DNA of 64,000 nucleotides from Bacteroidia bacterium (lineage in GTDB: Bacteria; Bacteroidota; Bacteroidia; Chitinophagales; Chitinophagaceae), in assembly GCA_037447355.1 (NCBI GenBank), contig JBBIGW010000001.1, positions 1,136-65,135 of the forward strand, written 5' to 3'. Shown here one piece after another: positions 1-8,547 of this stretch. A model generated the notes under the pieces. That model saw nothing but the letters and a program-made list of their open reading frames with translations. It did no database searches and was not told where the DNA came from. Position numbers and translations under genes: made by a program. Every line of letters starts with the position of its first letter. Positions within the stretch are counted from its first letter, which is position 1.

Positions 1-190
1 CGATATAAACGGTGTCCACCCCGTATTTACTGATTTCGTTTTCAATCCCGGCCAGGCCTTCGCCTAACACGAGGGCTTCCAGTTTACAGTTCAGCTGGTT
101 GGCCAGGGAGCGGCCCTTGGTCAGTAATTCAAAACTGACATCCTGGATCCTTCCTTCTTCAAACTCGCAGTAAACACAAACATTATTCAT
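1..190 (-). CDS. etfA: Electron transfer flavoprotein alpha subunit, N-terminal part (runs off the window edge)
   Basis: My translation from ATG at 190 gives MNNVCVYCEFEEGRIQDVSFELLTKGRSLANQLNCKLEALVLGEG..., a typical EtfA N-terminus. It lies directly downstream of etfB and is open to position 1. Confidence 0.88.
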   Translation of the reverse strand, partial: MNNVCVYCEFEEGRIQDVSFELLTKGRSLANQLNCKLEALVLGEGLAGIENEISKYGVDTVYI

Positions 191-219
191 GGTTCATTTT
201 TTGGGGAATAAGCAATGGA

Positions 220-1089
220 TTAGCCGATGGTATGCTGGGTGATCAGTTCCTGCATCAGCCATTCAATATCGGCATCACCGGCTGTGAGTACCTTGGATTC
301 CTTGGCCTGGAAAACAATATTTTCCACCTGCCTGACTTTCGTGGGGGAACCGCCTAATCCCAGTTGCACCAGGTCACTGTTTACATCTTTGGCACACCAC
401 TCGGTGATGGCGAGGTAGGATTTCTCCAGGTGTGAAGCAAGGTAATCATCGGAAGCACTATGCCGTTCGGATAAGGTGGTGGCCCGCTTGTACTTCATCA
501 GCCTTTTCGCATTACGCGGCCTGCATTCAGGGGCGGTACTGTGCGCCGTGATCAGAACTGGCAGGGGACATTCCACTAATTCAAAGCCTCTTTCCAGCCG
601 GCGTTTTACGCGGATCGTTTTTTCTACCAGGGAAATGATCTCTTCAGCGTAGGTGATTTGCGGGATACCGAGTTTTTCGGCCACCTGGGGTCCTACCTGC
701 GCGGTATCCCCGTCAATCGCCTGGCGGCCGGCCAGGATCAGGTCGAATTCCCCGATCTTGCGGATCGCACAGGACAGTGCATAGGAAGTAGCGAGGGTGT
801 CGGAACCTGCAAATGCTTTATCGGTGAGCAGGACGCCTGCATCTGCGCCCCGGTACATCCCTTCCCGCAATATTTCTGCGGCCCGCACCGGTCCCATTGT
901 CAGCAGGGTAATCCGGGTGCCGGGGTACCGGTCCTTGATCTCCAGTGCCAGCTCGAGTGCATTGAGGTCTTCGGGATTAAAAATGGCCGGCAGGGCCGCA
1001 CGGTTCACCGTCCCATCGGCCTTCATCGCGTCTTTACCAACATTCCGGGTATCCGGAACCTGTTTGGCCAAAACAATGATTTTATACAT
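220..1089 (-). CDS. etfB: Electron transfer flavoprotein beta subunit (FixA/EtfB family)
   Basis: Motifs KQVPDT, NPEDLNALE, TMGP, AFAGSDTLATS, GRQAIDGDTAQVGPQVAE, GSPTKV. Confidence 0.96.
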   Translation of the reverse strand: MYKIIVLAKQVPDTRNVGKDAMKADGTVNRAALPAIFNPEDLNALELALEIKDRYPGTRITLLTMGPVRAAEILREGMYRGADAGVLLTDKAFAGSDTLATSYALSCAIRKIGEFDLILAGRQAIDGDTAQVGPQVAEKLGIPQITYAEEIISLVEKTIRVKRRLERGFELVECPLPVLITAHSTAPECRPRNAKRLMKYKRATTLSERHSASDDYLASHLEKSYLAITEWCAKDVNSDLVQLGLGGSPTKVRQVENIVFQAKESKVLTAGDADIEWLMQELITQHTIG

Positions 1090-1143
1090 TTCCCAGTAAG
1101 GTTGTTGAAGACTACAAACCTTGGAAAACCTGTTGTGAGAAAA

Positions 1144-1159
1144 CCTGATATTAATCAGG
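1144..1159 (-). promoter_or_regulatory. CRP/FNR-like palindrome CCTGAT-N4-ATCAGG upstream of etfB
   Basis: Perfect 6-bp arms with a 4-nt spacer, 55-70 nt upstream of the etfB start. It has the TGAT-N4-ATCA core of the FNR box. Confidence 0.45.
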
Positions 1160-1270
1160 GAGGGGAATGTTTTAGCACCGAAATGCAGGCGGGGAATTCA
1201 AAATTCAAAAGTAAAAAACCTAAAGCAGGAAAAGTTCCTGATGATTTTCAACAGCAAAACGGTCAACGAA

Positions 1271-1303
1271 AAAAGGGCTGTACCGCTTCAGGACAGCCCT
1301 TTT
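1271..1303. terminator. Intrinsic terminator downstream of fabI
   Basis: AAAAGGGCTGT...ACAGCCCTTTT, 11-bp arms with A/T tracts on both sides. Confidence 0.75.
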
Positions 1304-1325
1304 GACTTTTTATTTTTTACTTTCC

Positions 1326-2135
1326 TCACATTTTATCAATCACTCCCTGTGTAACACCGGTAAAACTGAAGCCACCGTCATGGAAGAGATTCTGCATGGT
1401 TACATACCGGGTGAGGTCACTGAAGAGGGTCACGCAATAATTGGCACAATCATCGCCTGAGGCATTGCCCAGGGGACTCATTTGTTCCGCATAGGTCAGG
1501 AAGCCGTCGAAACCTTTTACACCACTGCCGGCAGTCGTGCGGGTGGGTGACTGGGATACCGTATTCACCCTGACCTTATTTCTTACGCCATAATGGTATC
1601 CGAAATTGCGGGCCACACTCTCCAGCAGGGCCTTGGCATCCGCCATTTCATTGTAATCGGGGAATACCCGCTGGGCGGCGATATAGGTTAAGGCCACCAC
1701 GCTGCCCCATTCGCTGATGGCATCCATATTCCAGGCGGTATGAAGGACCTTATGCAGGCTCAGGGCGGAAATATCCAGTGTCTTGTGATTGTGGATATAA
1801 CTGATCTCCGTATAATGATGCCCTTTCCGGACATTCATGCTCATCCCCACGGAATGGAGAATGAAATCGATCTTACCACCGAAATGATTCATTGATTCCT
1901 GGAACAGGTTCTTCAGGTCATCCAGGTGCGTGACATCCGCGCCAATCACCGGCGCGTTCCCGCAAAGTTCAGACAGTTTATTGATCTCCCCCATCCGGAG
2001 GGCCACCGGTGCGTTGGTCAGTACCAGCCTGGCACCTGCTTCATGGCATTTCAGGGCGGTTTTCCAGGCAATGGATTTTTCATCCAGTGCACCAAAGATG
2101 ATTCCTTTTTTCCCTTTCAGTAATTTAATCGGCAT
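1326..2135 (-). CDS. fabI: Enoyl-ACP reductase (NADH)
   Basis: LLKGKKGIIFGALDEKSIAW, HSVGMS, YNEMADAKALLE, RVNTVSQSPTRT, QNLFHDGGFS. I prefer the start at 2135 (MPIKLL) over the ORF-track start at 2183. Confidence 0.93.
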   Translation of the reverse strand: MPIKLLKGKKGIIFGALDEKSIAWKTALKCHEAGARLVLTNAPVALRMGEINKLSELCGNAPVIGADVTHLDDLKNLFQESMNHFGGKIDFILHSVGMSMNVRKGHHYTEISYIHNHKTLDISALSLHKVLHTAWNMDAISEWGSVVALTYIAAQRVFPDYNEMADAKALLESVARNFGYHYGVRNKVRVNTVSQSPTRTTAGSGVKGFDGFLTYAEQMSPLGNASGDDCANYCVTLFSDLTRYVTMQNLFHDGGFSFTGVTQGVIDKM

Positions 2136-2222
2136 ATCAGTTGATTTTGTGGCGGTAAAAATAAGGAGATATGAGGATTGCACCTTAAAATATTGAGCGA
2201 TTACAGTCCTCCGGAACCGTCG

Positions 2223-2435
2223 TCAGGCTCCCGGAAAAATCATTTTGATACAAAGGACCAGCAGAAAGGTATAGGCAAAAATAACCCCGAACATGACCAG
2301 CAGGAAAAACAGGAACCGCCGCATGGAGGCACGGGGCCGCAGTACGGTTTGCAGGAATTTATATATTCCGCTGACCGGCAGCAGCGAGACCAGGATCAGC
2401 CCCAGGATGATAAAGGCTTTCAGTTTCAATGGCAA
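2223..2435 (-). CDS. Small two-helix membrane protein (70 aa), unknown function
   Basis: Two hydrophobic stretches separated by a basic linker (LRPRASMRR). Fills the gap upstream of fabI on the same strand. Confidence 0.6.
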   Translation of the reverse strand: MPLKLKAFIILGLILVSLLPVSGIYKFLQTVLRPRASMRRFLFFLLVMFGVIFAYTFLLVLCIKMIFPGA

Positions 2436-2549
2436 CAGATTCTTTATTGAGGAAACGGAGGTAAAATTATTATATCAGCGGATTAATTCGCAAGTAATCC
2501 TATATTAGCCGGAGAAACTAATCCCCCCTGGTTCACCAATTTTATTATT

Positions 2550-3626
2550 ATGGGCGTTCGAACAATCATTACCGGTACCGGCTGTTTCATTCCCCCTGTT
2601 ATTAAAACAAACAGGGATTTTTCTATCCAGACCTTCTATGGCGAGGATGCCAGCCGGATTGAAACCCCGACTGAAGATATCGTAAATAAATTCCAGGACA
2701 TCACGGGTATTGAAGAGCGCCGTTATGCTGCCGATGAAATGAATTCCTCCGATATGGCCACGATCGCGGCCCGGCTGGCCATTGAAGACAGCGGGGTGAA
2801 TCCCGAGGAACTGGATATGATCATTGTTGCCCAGAATTTCGGCAATGTGATCAAGCATACCATTCAGACCGATGTACTGCCGGCCATCGCTTCCCGGGTC
2901 AAACATGACCTGGGTATTAAAAATCCCAACTGCGTGGCCTACGATATTCTCTTTGGCTGCCCGGGCTGGGTACAGGGAGTGATCCAGGCCGATACCTACT
3001 TCAAAGCCGGGGCCGCAAAGAAAGCACTGGTGGTGGGCACCGAAACCCTTAGCCGGGTGATTGATATGTATGACCGCGACAGCATGATTTTTTCAGACGG
3101 GGCGGGCGCTACCGTACTGGAAGCGAAGGAAGCGGAAGGGAATGAAAGCGGCATCCTTTCCTGGAGCGTGCAGAGCCATTGTATCGACGAAGCTTACTAT
3201 CTCTACCTGGGAAAAAGCAATTTCCCCGGCAGTGATCCCCGGGTCCGGTATATTAAAATGAAAGGCCGGAAAGTATATGAATACGCCATGCTGCATGTAC
3301 CGGCTGCCATGAAAGACTGCCTGGACAAGGCCGGTGTTTCCATCACGGATGTAAAAAAAGTATTCATTCACCAGGCCAATGAAAAAATGGATGAGGGCAT
3401 TGTCCGCCGTTTATACAAACTCTGCGGCATCAAAGAGGTACCCGAACATATCATGCCGATGAGTATCCATAAACTGGGGAACAGTTCTGTGGCCACCATT
3501 CCCACCCTGTTTGATATGGTTAAAAAAGGGCTCTGGGACAATCATGACCTCTCTAAAGGAGATATCGTACTCTTTGCTTCCGTGGGCGCCGGGATGAATA
3601 TCAATGCTATTTGCTACCGGATGTAA
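2550..3626 (+). CDS. fabH: 3-oxoacyl-ACP synthase III
   Basis: Catalytic FGCPG, FIHQAN and GNSSVATIP motifs; ends ASVGAGMNINA. Confidence 0.95.
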   Translation: MGVRTIITGTGCFIPPVIKTNRDFSIQTFYGEDASRIETPTEDIVNKFQDITGIEERRYAADEMNSSDMATIAARLAIEDSGVNPEELDMIIVAQNFGNVIKHTIQTDVLPAIASRVKHDLGIKNPNCVAYDILFGCPGWVQGVIQADTYFKAGAAKKALVVGTETLSRVIDMYDRDSMIFSDGAGATVLEAKEAEGNESGILSWSVQSHCIDEAYYLYLGKSNFPGSDPRVRYIKMKGRKVYEYAMLHVPAAMKDCLDKAGVSITDVKKVFIHQANEKMDEGIVRRLYKLCGIKEVPEHIMPMSIHKLGNSSVATIPTLFDMVKKGLWDNHDLSKGDIVLFASVGAGMNINAICYRM

Positions 3627-3692
3627 GCCCCGGTCAGCAGGCACTTCCCCCGTTTCCATTATCTTCGCAGCTATTAAAAGAAGCAGATTACC

Positions 3693-6137
3693 ATGACGAT
3701 TTCGTATAAATGGCTGAGTGAATATTTACCCGCGGGGCCGGCAGGACAACCCGTTGTTGACCCGGAACGGTTGAGCCGTATCCTGACCTCCATTGGCCTG
3801 GAAGTGGAAAGCATGGAGACCTATGAAGAAATAAAGGGCGGGCTGAAAGGCCTGGTGATCGGGGAAGTATTGCATACCGAAAAACATCCCAATGCCGATA
3901 AACTAACCCTGACCCGTGTTTCTGTTGGCACCGGGGAGCCCCTGCAGATCGTGTGCGGGGCACCCAATGTGGCGGCCGGTCAGAAAGTGGTCGTGGCTGT
4001 TGTGGGCACCACTATTTATCCCTCTTCGGGTGAACCGCTGACCATGAAAGTGGCAAAGATCCGCAGTGTGGAAAGCTATGGTATGATCTGCGCGGAGGAT
4101 GAGATTGGTCTTGGCAGCTCCCATGCCGGGATCCTGGTATTGCCCGCGGATGCCAAAGTGGGTACCCCTGCCGCAGACTACTTCAAACCGTATAGCGATA
4201 TCATCTATGAGATCGGGCTTACGCCCAACCGGATGGACGCCATGAGTCACTGGGGGGTGGCCCGGGATGTTTGCGCTTATTTAAGCCACCACGATAAAAA
4301 AGATTTCAAACCCAGGCTCCCGGTAGCCAATGGCTTCAAAGCGGATACCCTTTCCTTTCCCATCGAAGTAAAAGTAGAAAACGAAGCGGCCTGTCCCCGT
4401 TATTCCGGTGTGAGCATTGACAAAGTGACGATTGGCGAATCCCCGCTCTGGTTAAAACAAAAATTAAAAGCGATCGGGTTGCGACCGATCAATAATATTG
4501 TCGATATCACCAATTATATCCAGCACGAAACCGGCCAGCCCCTTCATGCGTTTGACGCGGAACGGATCAGTGGCCGGAAAATAGTGGTGAAAAACCTGCA
4601 GGAAGGAACCCTGTTTGTGACGTTAGATGAAAAAGAAAGAACCCTGGGTGCCGACGACCTGATGATCTGTGATGAAAAAGAAGGAATCTGTATTGCCGGT
4701 GTATTCGGGGGACTGCACAGCGGGGTAACAGAAAAAACAAAAACCATCTTTCTCGAAAGTGCTTTTTTTGAAGGGATCGGCATCCGCAAAACTTCCTTTC
4801 GTCACAACCTGCGGACCGATGCGGCCAGCCGCTTTGAGAAAGGAACAGACATATCCGCTACGGTCCTGGTCTTAAAAAGAGCCGCCCTGCTGATCAAAGA
4901 AATCTGCGGCGGGGAGATTGCTTCAGAAATAACAGATAGCTACCCGAACAAAAAAGAGAAAACAGAAGTCCTGGTCAAATGGCATTATGTAAAAAAGCTG
5001 AGCGGCAAGAATTACCACCCGGATACAGCAAAAAATATACTGACCGGGCTGGGCTTTGAGATCATCAAAGAGGGAATTGATGAACTGCGGGTGTCGGTCC
5101 CGTATCACAAGCCGGATATCAGTTTACCGGCCGATATCGTGGAAGAGATCGTACGGATTGACGGGCTTGACAATATCGATATACCGGAAGCGATCACCCT
5201 TACGCCGGCGGTGGAAGAGCACTATGCCGGGGAAGTATTCCGGGAAAAAACAGCCAACTACCTGGTCGGGCTCGGCTATCATGAGATGATGACCAACTCC
5301 ATTACCAATGCGGCTTATTTTTCAGCCGGAGAACTGGAATCAATGGTCAGCATGAAGAACAGCCTTAGTGCCGAATTGAATATCCTGCGCAATTCGCTTT
5401 TTGAAACTGCGCTGGAAGTCGTGGCCCATAACCTGAACCACAAAAACAATTCCCTCCGTTTGTTTGAATTCGGGAAGGCCTACAGCACACAGGGCCCCGG
5501 TAAGTATGCGGAGCACGAACAGCTTTGTATCCTGCTCTCCGGGAATACGAGAGAGGATCACTGGAAAGAAAAAGCAATCGCTGCCGATTTTTTTGCACTG
5601 AAAGGGACCGTGGAGAATGTCCTGCGTGCACTGGGTGTGAGACCGGACCTGGGGGAAAACCTGCCGGTCCCCAAAATGCGGCATCATATCGTTTACCGGG
5701 TCAACAACCAGGTGATCGCCGGGGCGGGAGAAGTCAGCAAACAGCAGCTCGATAAATTCGGCATCAGGCAACCTGTATTTTATGCAGGCCTCAACTGGGA
5801 ATTACTGCTTACCCTTGCCGCCGCGGGCAGTTCCCAAATCCGGGAGATCCCCAGATACCCTGCTGTGCAGCGGGACCTGGCGATGATCGTGGCGAAAGAA
5901 CTGCCCTGGGCCGAGGTAGAAAAAACCGTGCAAAAGATAAAGCTGGACAAACTCCGTGACATCAAACTCTTTGATATATTCGAGAGTGAGAAACTGGGAA
6001 CGGGGAAAAAATCCGTGGCGATCAATTTTACATTCCTGGATGAAGAAAAAACCCTGACGGATAAAGAAATTGACGGCTGGATGAACCGGATTATGGGCAC
6101 CCTGGAAAAAGACCTGCAGGCCGAAATCAGAAAATGA
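3693..6137 (+). CDS. pheT: Phenylalanine--tRNA ligase beta subunit
   Basis: KHPNADKL, QIVCGAPNV, GLTPNRMDAMSHWGVARD, NNIVDITNY, RFEKG, and a C-terminal anticodon-binding domain (RYPAVQRDL). Confidence 0.98.
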   Translation: MTISYKWLSEYLPAGPAGQPVVDPERLSRILTSIGLEVESMETYEEIKGGLKGLVIGEVLHTEKHPNADKLTLTRVSVGTGEPLQIVCGAPNVAAGQKVVVAVVGTTIYPSSGEPLTMKVAKIRSVESYGMICAEDEIGLGSSHAGILVLPADAKVGTPAADYFKPYSDIIYEIGLTPNRMDAMSHWGVARDVCAYLSHHDKKDFKPRLPVANGFKADTLSFPIEVKVENEAACPRYSGVSIDKVTIGESPLWLKQKLKAIGLRPINNIVDITNYIQHETGQPLHAFDAERISGRKIVVKNLQEGTLFVTLDEKERTLGADDLMICDEKEGICIAGVFGGLHSGVTEKTKTIFLESAFFEGIGIRKTSFRHNLRTDAASRFEKGTDISATVLVLKRAALLIKEICGGEIASEITDSYPNKKEKTEVLVKWHYVKKLSGKNYHPDTAKNILTGLGFEIIKEGIDELRVSVPYHKPDISLPADIVEEIVRIDGLDNIDIPEAITLTPAVEEHYAGEVFREKTANYLVGLGYHEMMTNSITNAAYFSAGELESMVSMKNSLSAELNILRNSLFETALEVVAHNLNHKNNSLRLFEFGKAYSTQGPGKYAEHEQLCILLSGNTREDHWKEKAIAADFFALKGTVENVLRALGVRPDLGENLPVPKMRHHIVYRVNNQVIAGAGEVSKQQLDKFGIRQPVFYAGLNWELLLTLAAAGSSQIREIPRYPAVQRDLAMIVAKELPWAEVEKTVQKIKLDKLRDIKLFDIFESEKLGTGKKSVAINFTFLDEEKTLTDKEIDGWMNRIMGTLEKDLQAEIRK

Positions 6138-6421
6138 ACCACACCGGGCAACAACTGAAAAACATACAGGACAAGCTCCAGCAATTGCTGAAGCAGTATA
6201 CGGCTGTGCAGAAGGAAAATCAGCAACTGAAAAAGGAACTGGACTCCGTGCAGGAGAGATTATCGCAACAACATAAAAATGCAGAAGAGCTGAGACAACA
6301 GGTCAGCGTGTTAAAGATGAATGCAGGGGGGATGAATGAGACGGATAAGAAAGAGTTTGAAAAAAGGATCAGCCATTACCTGAAAGAGATCGACCGTTGC
6401 ATAGCTTTACTGGGAGAGTGA
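6134..6421 (+). CDS. Coiled-coil protein, ZapB-like, overlapping the pheT stop
   Basis: All-helical heptad pattern ending EIDRCIALL; ATGA overlap with pheT; usual position before zapA in Bacteroidota. Confidence 0.8.
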   Translation: MNHTGQQLKNIQDKLQQLLKQYTAVQKENQQLKKELDSVQERLSQQHKNAEELRQQVSVLKMNAGGMNETDKKEFEKRISHYLKEIDRCIALLGE

Positions 6422-6422
6422 A

Positions 6423-6680
6423 TCATACCCTTTTTACCAGGTTCATTTTCATTTCATCCTCGCCGTGCGAAAGTTCAAGGGTGTACCGGCCATAGGGCAG
6501 GTCATTCAGCCCGGCCCAGATGAGTTCTTCCTTGTCCCGGGTGAATTTTTTTTCGAGAGTGCGGCAAACACAACCCCGCTCATCTCTCAGTACCCCGCGC
6601 AGGGGATGAAAGCCTTTGATGGCGGTTAACTGAAACTGTAATGCATCAATAAATATTGATGACCTGACTTTAACAAACAT
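6423..6680 (-). CDS. 85-aa protein resembling a stand-alone T9SS type A C-terminal domain
   Basis: C-terminus LNDLPYGRYTLELSHG...NLVKR aligns by eye with [16 protein letters not shown]...KLIKL of the CTD at 27583. No signal peptide. Confidence 0.6.
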   Translation of the reverse strand: MFVKVRSSIFIDALQFQLTAIKGFHPLRGVLRDERGCVCRTLEKKFTRDKEELIWAGLNDLPYGRYTLELSHGEDEMKMNLVKRV

Positions 6681-6806
6681 GCTGGCAAACGTTTTGGTTG
6701 TAATCGTTTCCCACAGTGGTCCTTAACCTCTTAGCTTTCAATCAGGTAGCCGGAATGTTAATAATGGCACCGAATGTAGATAAAATATTCAGAAATTGCA
6801 AGTTTT

Positions 6807-7100
6807 ATGATTGAATTAATTCCTATATCTGCCCTTATCGGTGACCGTACCTACCGGATCAAGATCGACCCCAAAGACGAGGAACTGGTCCGGAAAACAC
6901 TGAGAACCGTCAATGAGAAGATTGTTGAATTTAAGACCCAGTTTGCAGGCAAGGACATGCAGGACTATATTGCCATGGTCATGATCTGGTTTGCCACCGA
7001 GATCCAGTCCGGCCAATCCGACCAATTATTGAAAGAGGAAATCAACGGGCAACTGGAGCAATTGGAGAAAATGATCGATGCCCGGCTATCAGGGAAATAA
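6807..7100 (+). CDS. zapA: Cell division protein ZapA
   Basis: IGDRTYRIKI...DEELVRK...FAGKDMQDYIAM; located between the zapB-like gene and rny. Confidence 0.88.
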   Translation: MIELIPISALIGDRTYRIKIDPKDEELVRKTLRTVNEKIVEFKTQFAGKDMQDYIAMVMIWFATEIQSGQSDQLLKEEINGQLEQLEKMIDARLSGK

Positions 7101-7138
7101 AATTTAAGCCCCAAACCCGGCCATCTTATTCTTCTCAT

Positions 7139-7194
7139 CTTCCGGACTTCCCGACTTCCGGTCTTCCCGACTTCCCAACTTCCGGACTTCCCAA
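7139..7194. repeat. Tandem array of seven 8-bp CTTCCNNN units
   Basis: cttccgga cttcccga cttccggt cttcccga cttcccaa cttccgga cttcccaa, abutting the TlpA stop codon. Confidence 0.9.
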
Positions 7195-8340
7195 CTACCT
7201 AACCACCTCCTCAATCTTTTTCTCCAACTCCTCCCCCCTTATATTTTTTGCAATGATCTTTCCTTCCGGGTCCAGCAGCAGGTTTTGGGGAATAGCCCGG
7301 ATGCCGTATAGTTTGGCCACCGCATTGTCCCAGAATTTCAGGTCGCTTACATGCGTCCATTCCAGTTTGTCATCATGAATCGCCTTCATCCATTTTTCTT
7401 TCTGGCCGGGACGATCCAGTGATATCCCGATTACCTGGAAATTCCGGTCTTTGTATTTGTTGAATACTTTAACCACATTCGGATTTTCAGCCCGGCAGGG
7501 GCCACACCAGCTCGCCCAGAAATCAATCAGTACATACCGGCCCCGGAGGGAAGAAAGGGAAACCGGTTTATCAAGCGTATCATTCTGCGTAAACGCAGGC
7601 GCCATTTTTCCAATACCGGTTTTCTTCGCGGTCTCCAGGCTTTCCCCGAATGCTGCGGCAGAAGGATAGTTCCTGTTGGCTGACGACAATGCATTGAACA
7701 GGGGTTCCACCTTATCGGCATTAATATCCCAGCCGGCATATTGCTTCAGGGCGTATAAAGCCAGGGGGGAGGATGGGTTCGCTTTCACAAATTCACCATA
7801 CACTTTTTCATTCTTCTCCAGGTCAATGGCATCAATCTCTTCTTCCAGTTTGTTTTGATTCCCGAGGTCCTTTGCTTTTGCATACTCCCGGTATTTCTCC
7901 ACCAAAGGTTTCATTCTTTCTTCAAATGGCTTTTCCTGCTCCTGCAGTTTTGCATACTCCTTGTGAACGGCAGAGCCCGATACGGTGATATGGCTGAAGG
8001 AATCCACCGAGGTAATGCTGATCTTACCCGGCTGAATAAAGACAGCCGCCATATCCCGGCCTGAAACCAGCGGGATTTTTATCCCTTTTTCATCCACCTT
8101 GTATTTTACCCGGATCCTTGCCAGTACCGGCTCGGCGATCTTACCGGTAAACTGGTATTTCCCTTCTTTCACTTGAGTACTGTCCGTTTTCCAGTCGTCC
8201 CCCGCCTGGTATTGCAGGAATACCCATTCCGGCTGCATTTTCAGGTCGATCAGTTTACCGCTCAACCGAAAGGGTTTCCCGCTTACCTGGGCCCCGGCCA
8301 GCAGGGGCAGCAAAAGGAACCATACTATTCCGTGTCTCAT
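7195..8340 (-). CDS. TlpA-family disulfide reductase (N-terminal DUF4369-like plus AhpC/TSA domain), exported
   Basis: Signal peptide; DFWASWCGPCRAENP CxxC motif; YGIRAIPQNLLLDPEGKII. Confidence 0.92.
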   Translation of the reverse strand: MRHGIVWFLLLPLLAGAQVSGKPFRLSGKLIDLKMQPEWVFLQYQAGDDWKTDSTQVKEGKYQFTGKIAEPVLARIRVKYKVDEKGIKIPLVSGRDMAAVFIQPGKISITSVDSFSHITVSGSAVHKEYAKLQEQEKPFEERMKPLVEKYREYAKAKDLGNQNKLEEEIDAIDLEKNEKVYGEFVKANPSSPLALYALKQYAGWDINADKVEPLFNALSSANRNYPSAAAFGESLETAKKTGIGKMAPAFTQNDTLDKPVSLSSLRGRYVLIDFWASWCGPCRAENPNVVKVFNKYKDRNFQVIGISLDRPGQKEKWMKAIHDDKLEWTHVSDLKFWDNAVAKLYGIRAIPQNLLLDPEGKIIAKNIRGEELEKKIEEVVR

Positions 8341-8547
8341 ACAGATTTTTTAAGGCGGCAAATTAAGGTTTTGAGAGCGCGCATCCGCAATAATTACACG
8401 GGCGGAGATTTCCCGGAAAGCCCCTAATTCCGGATTTCCTGCTTTTCCTCCGGTTTTGTATCTTCGCTGATTACATATACCCGGGCCCTTCGGGGCTGGA
8501 ATCGTATGATTAAAAAAGCATTGTGCAACACCTAAACAAAAAAATTC

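Noticed and set aside
7101-8547. 6S RNA expected near zapA/rny
   Set aside because: The intervals are occupied by a tandem array, the TlpA gene and a short leader; no long rod-like fold with a central bubble was found by eye.
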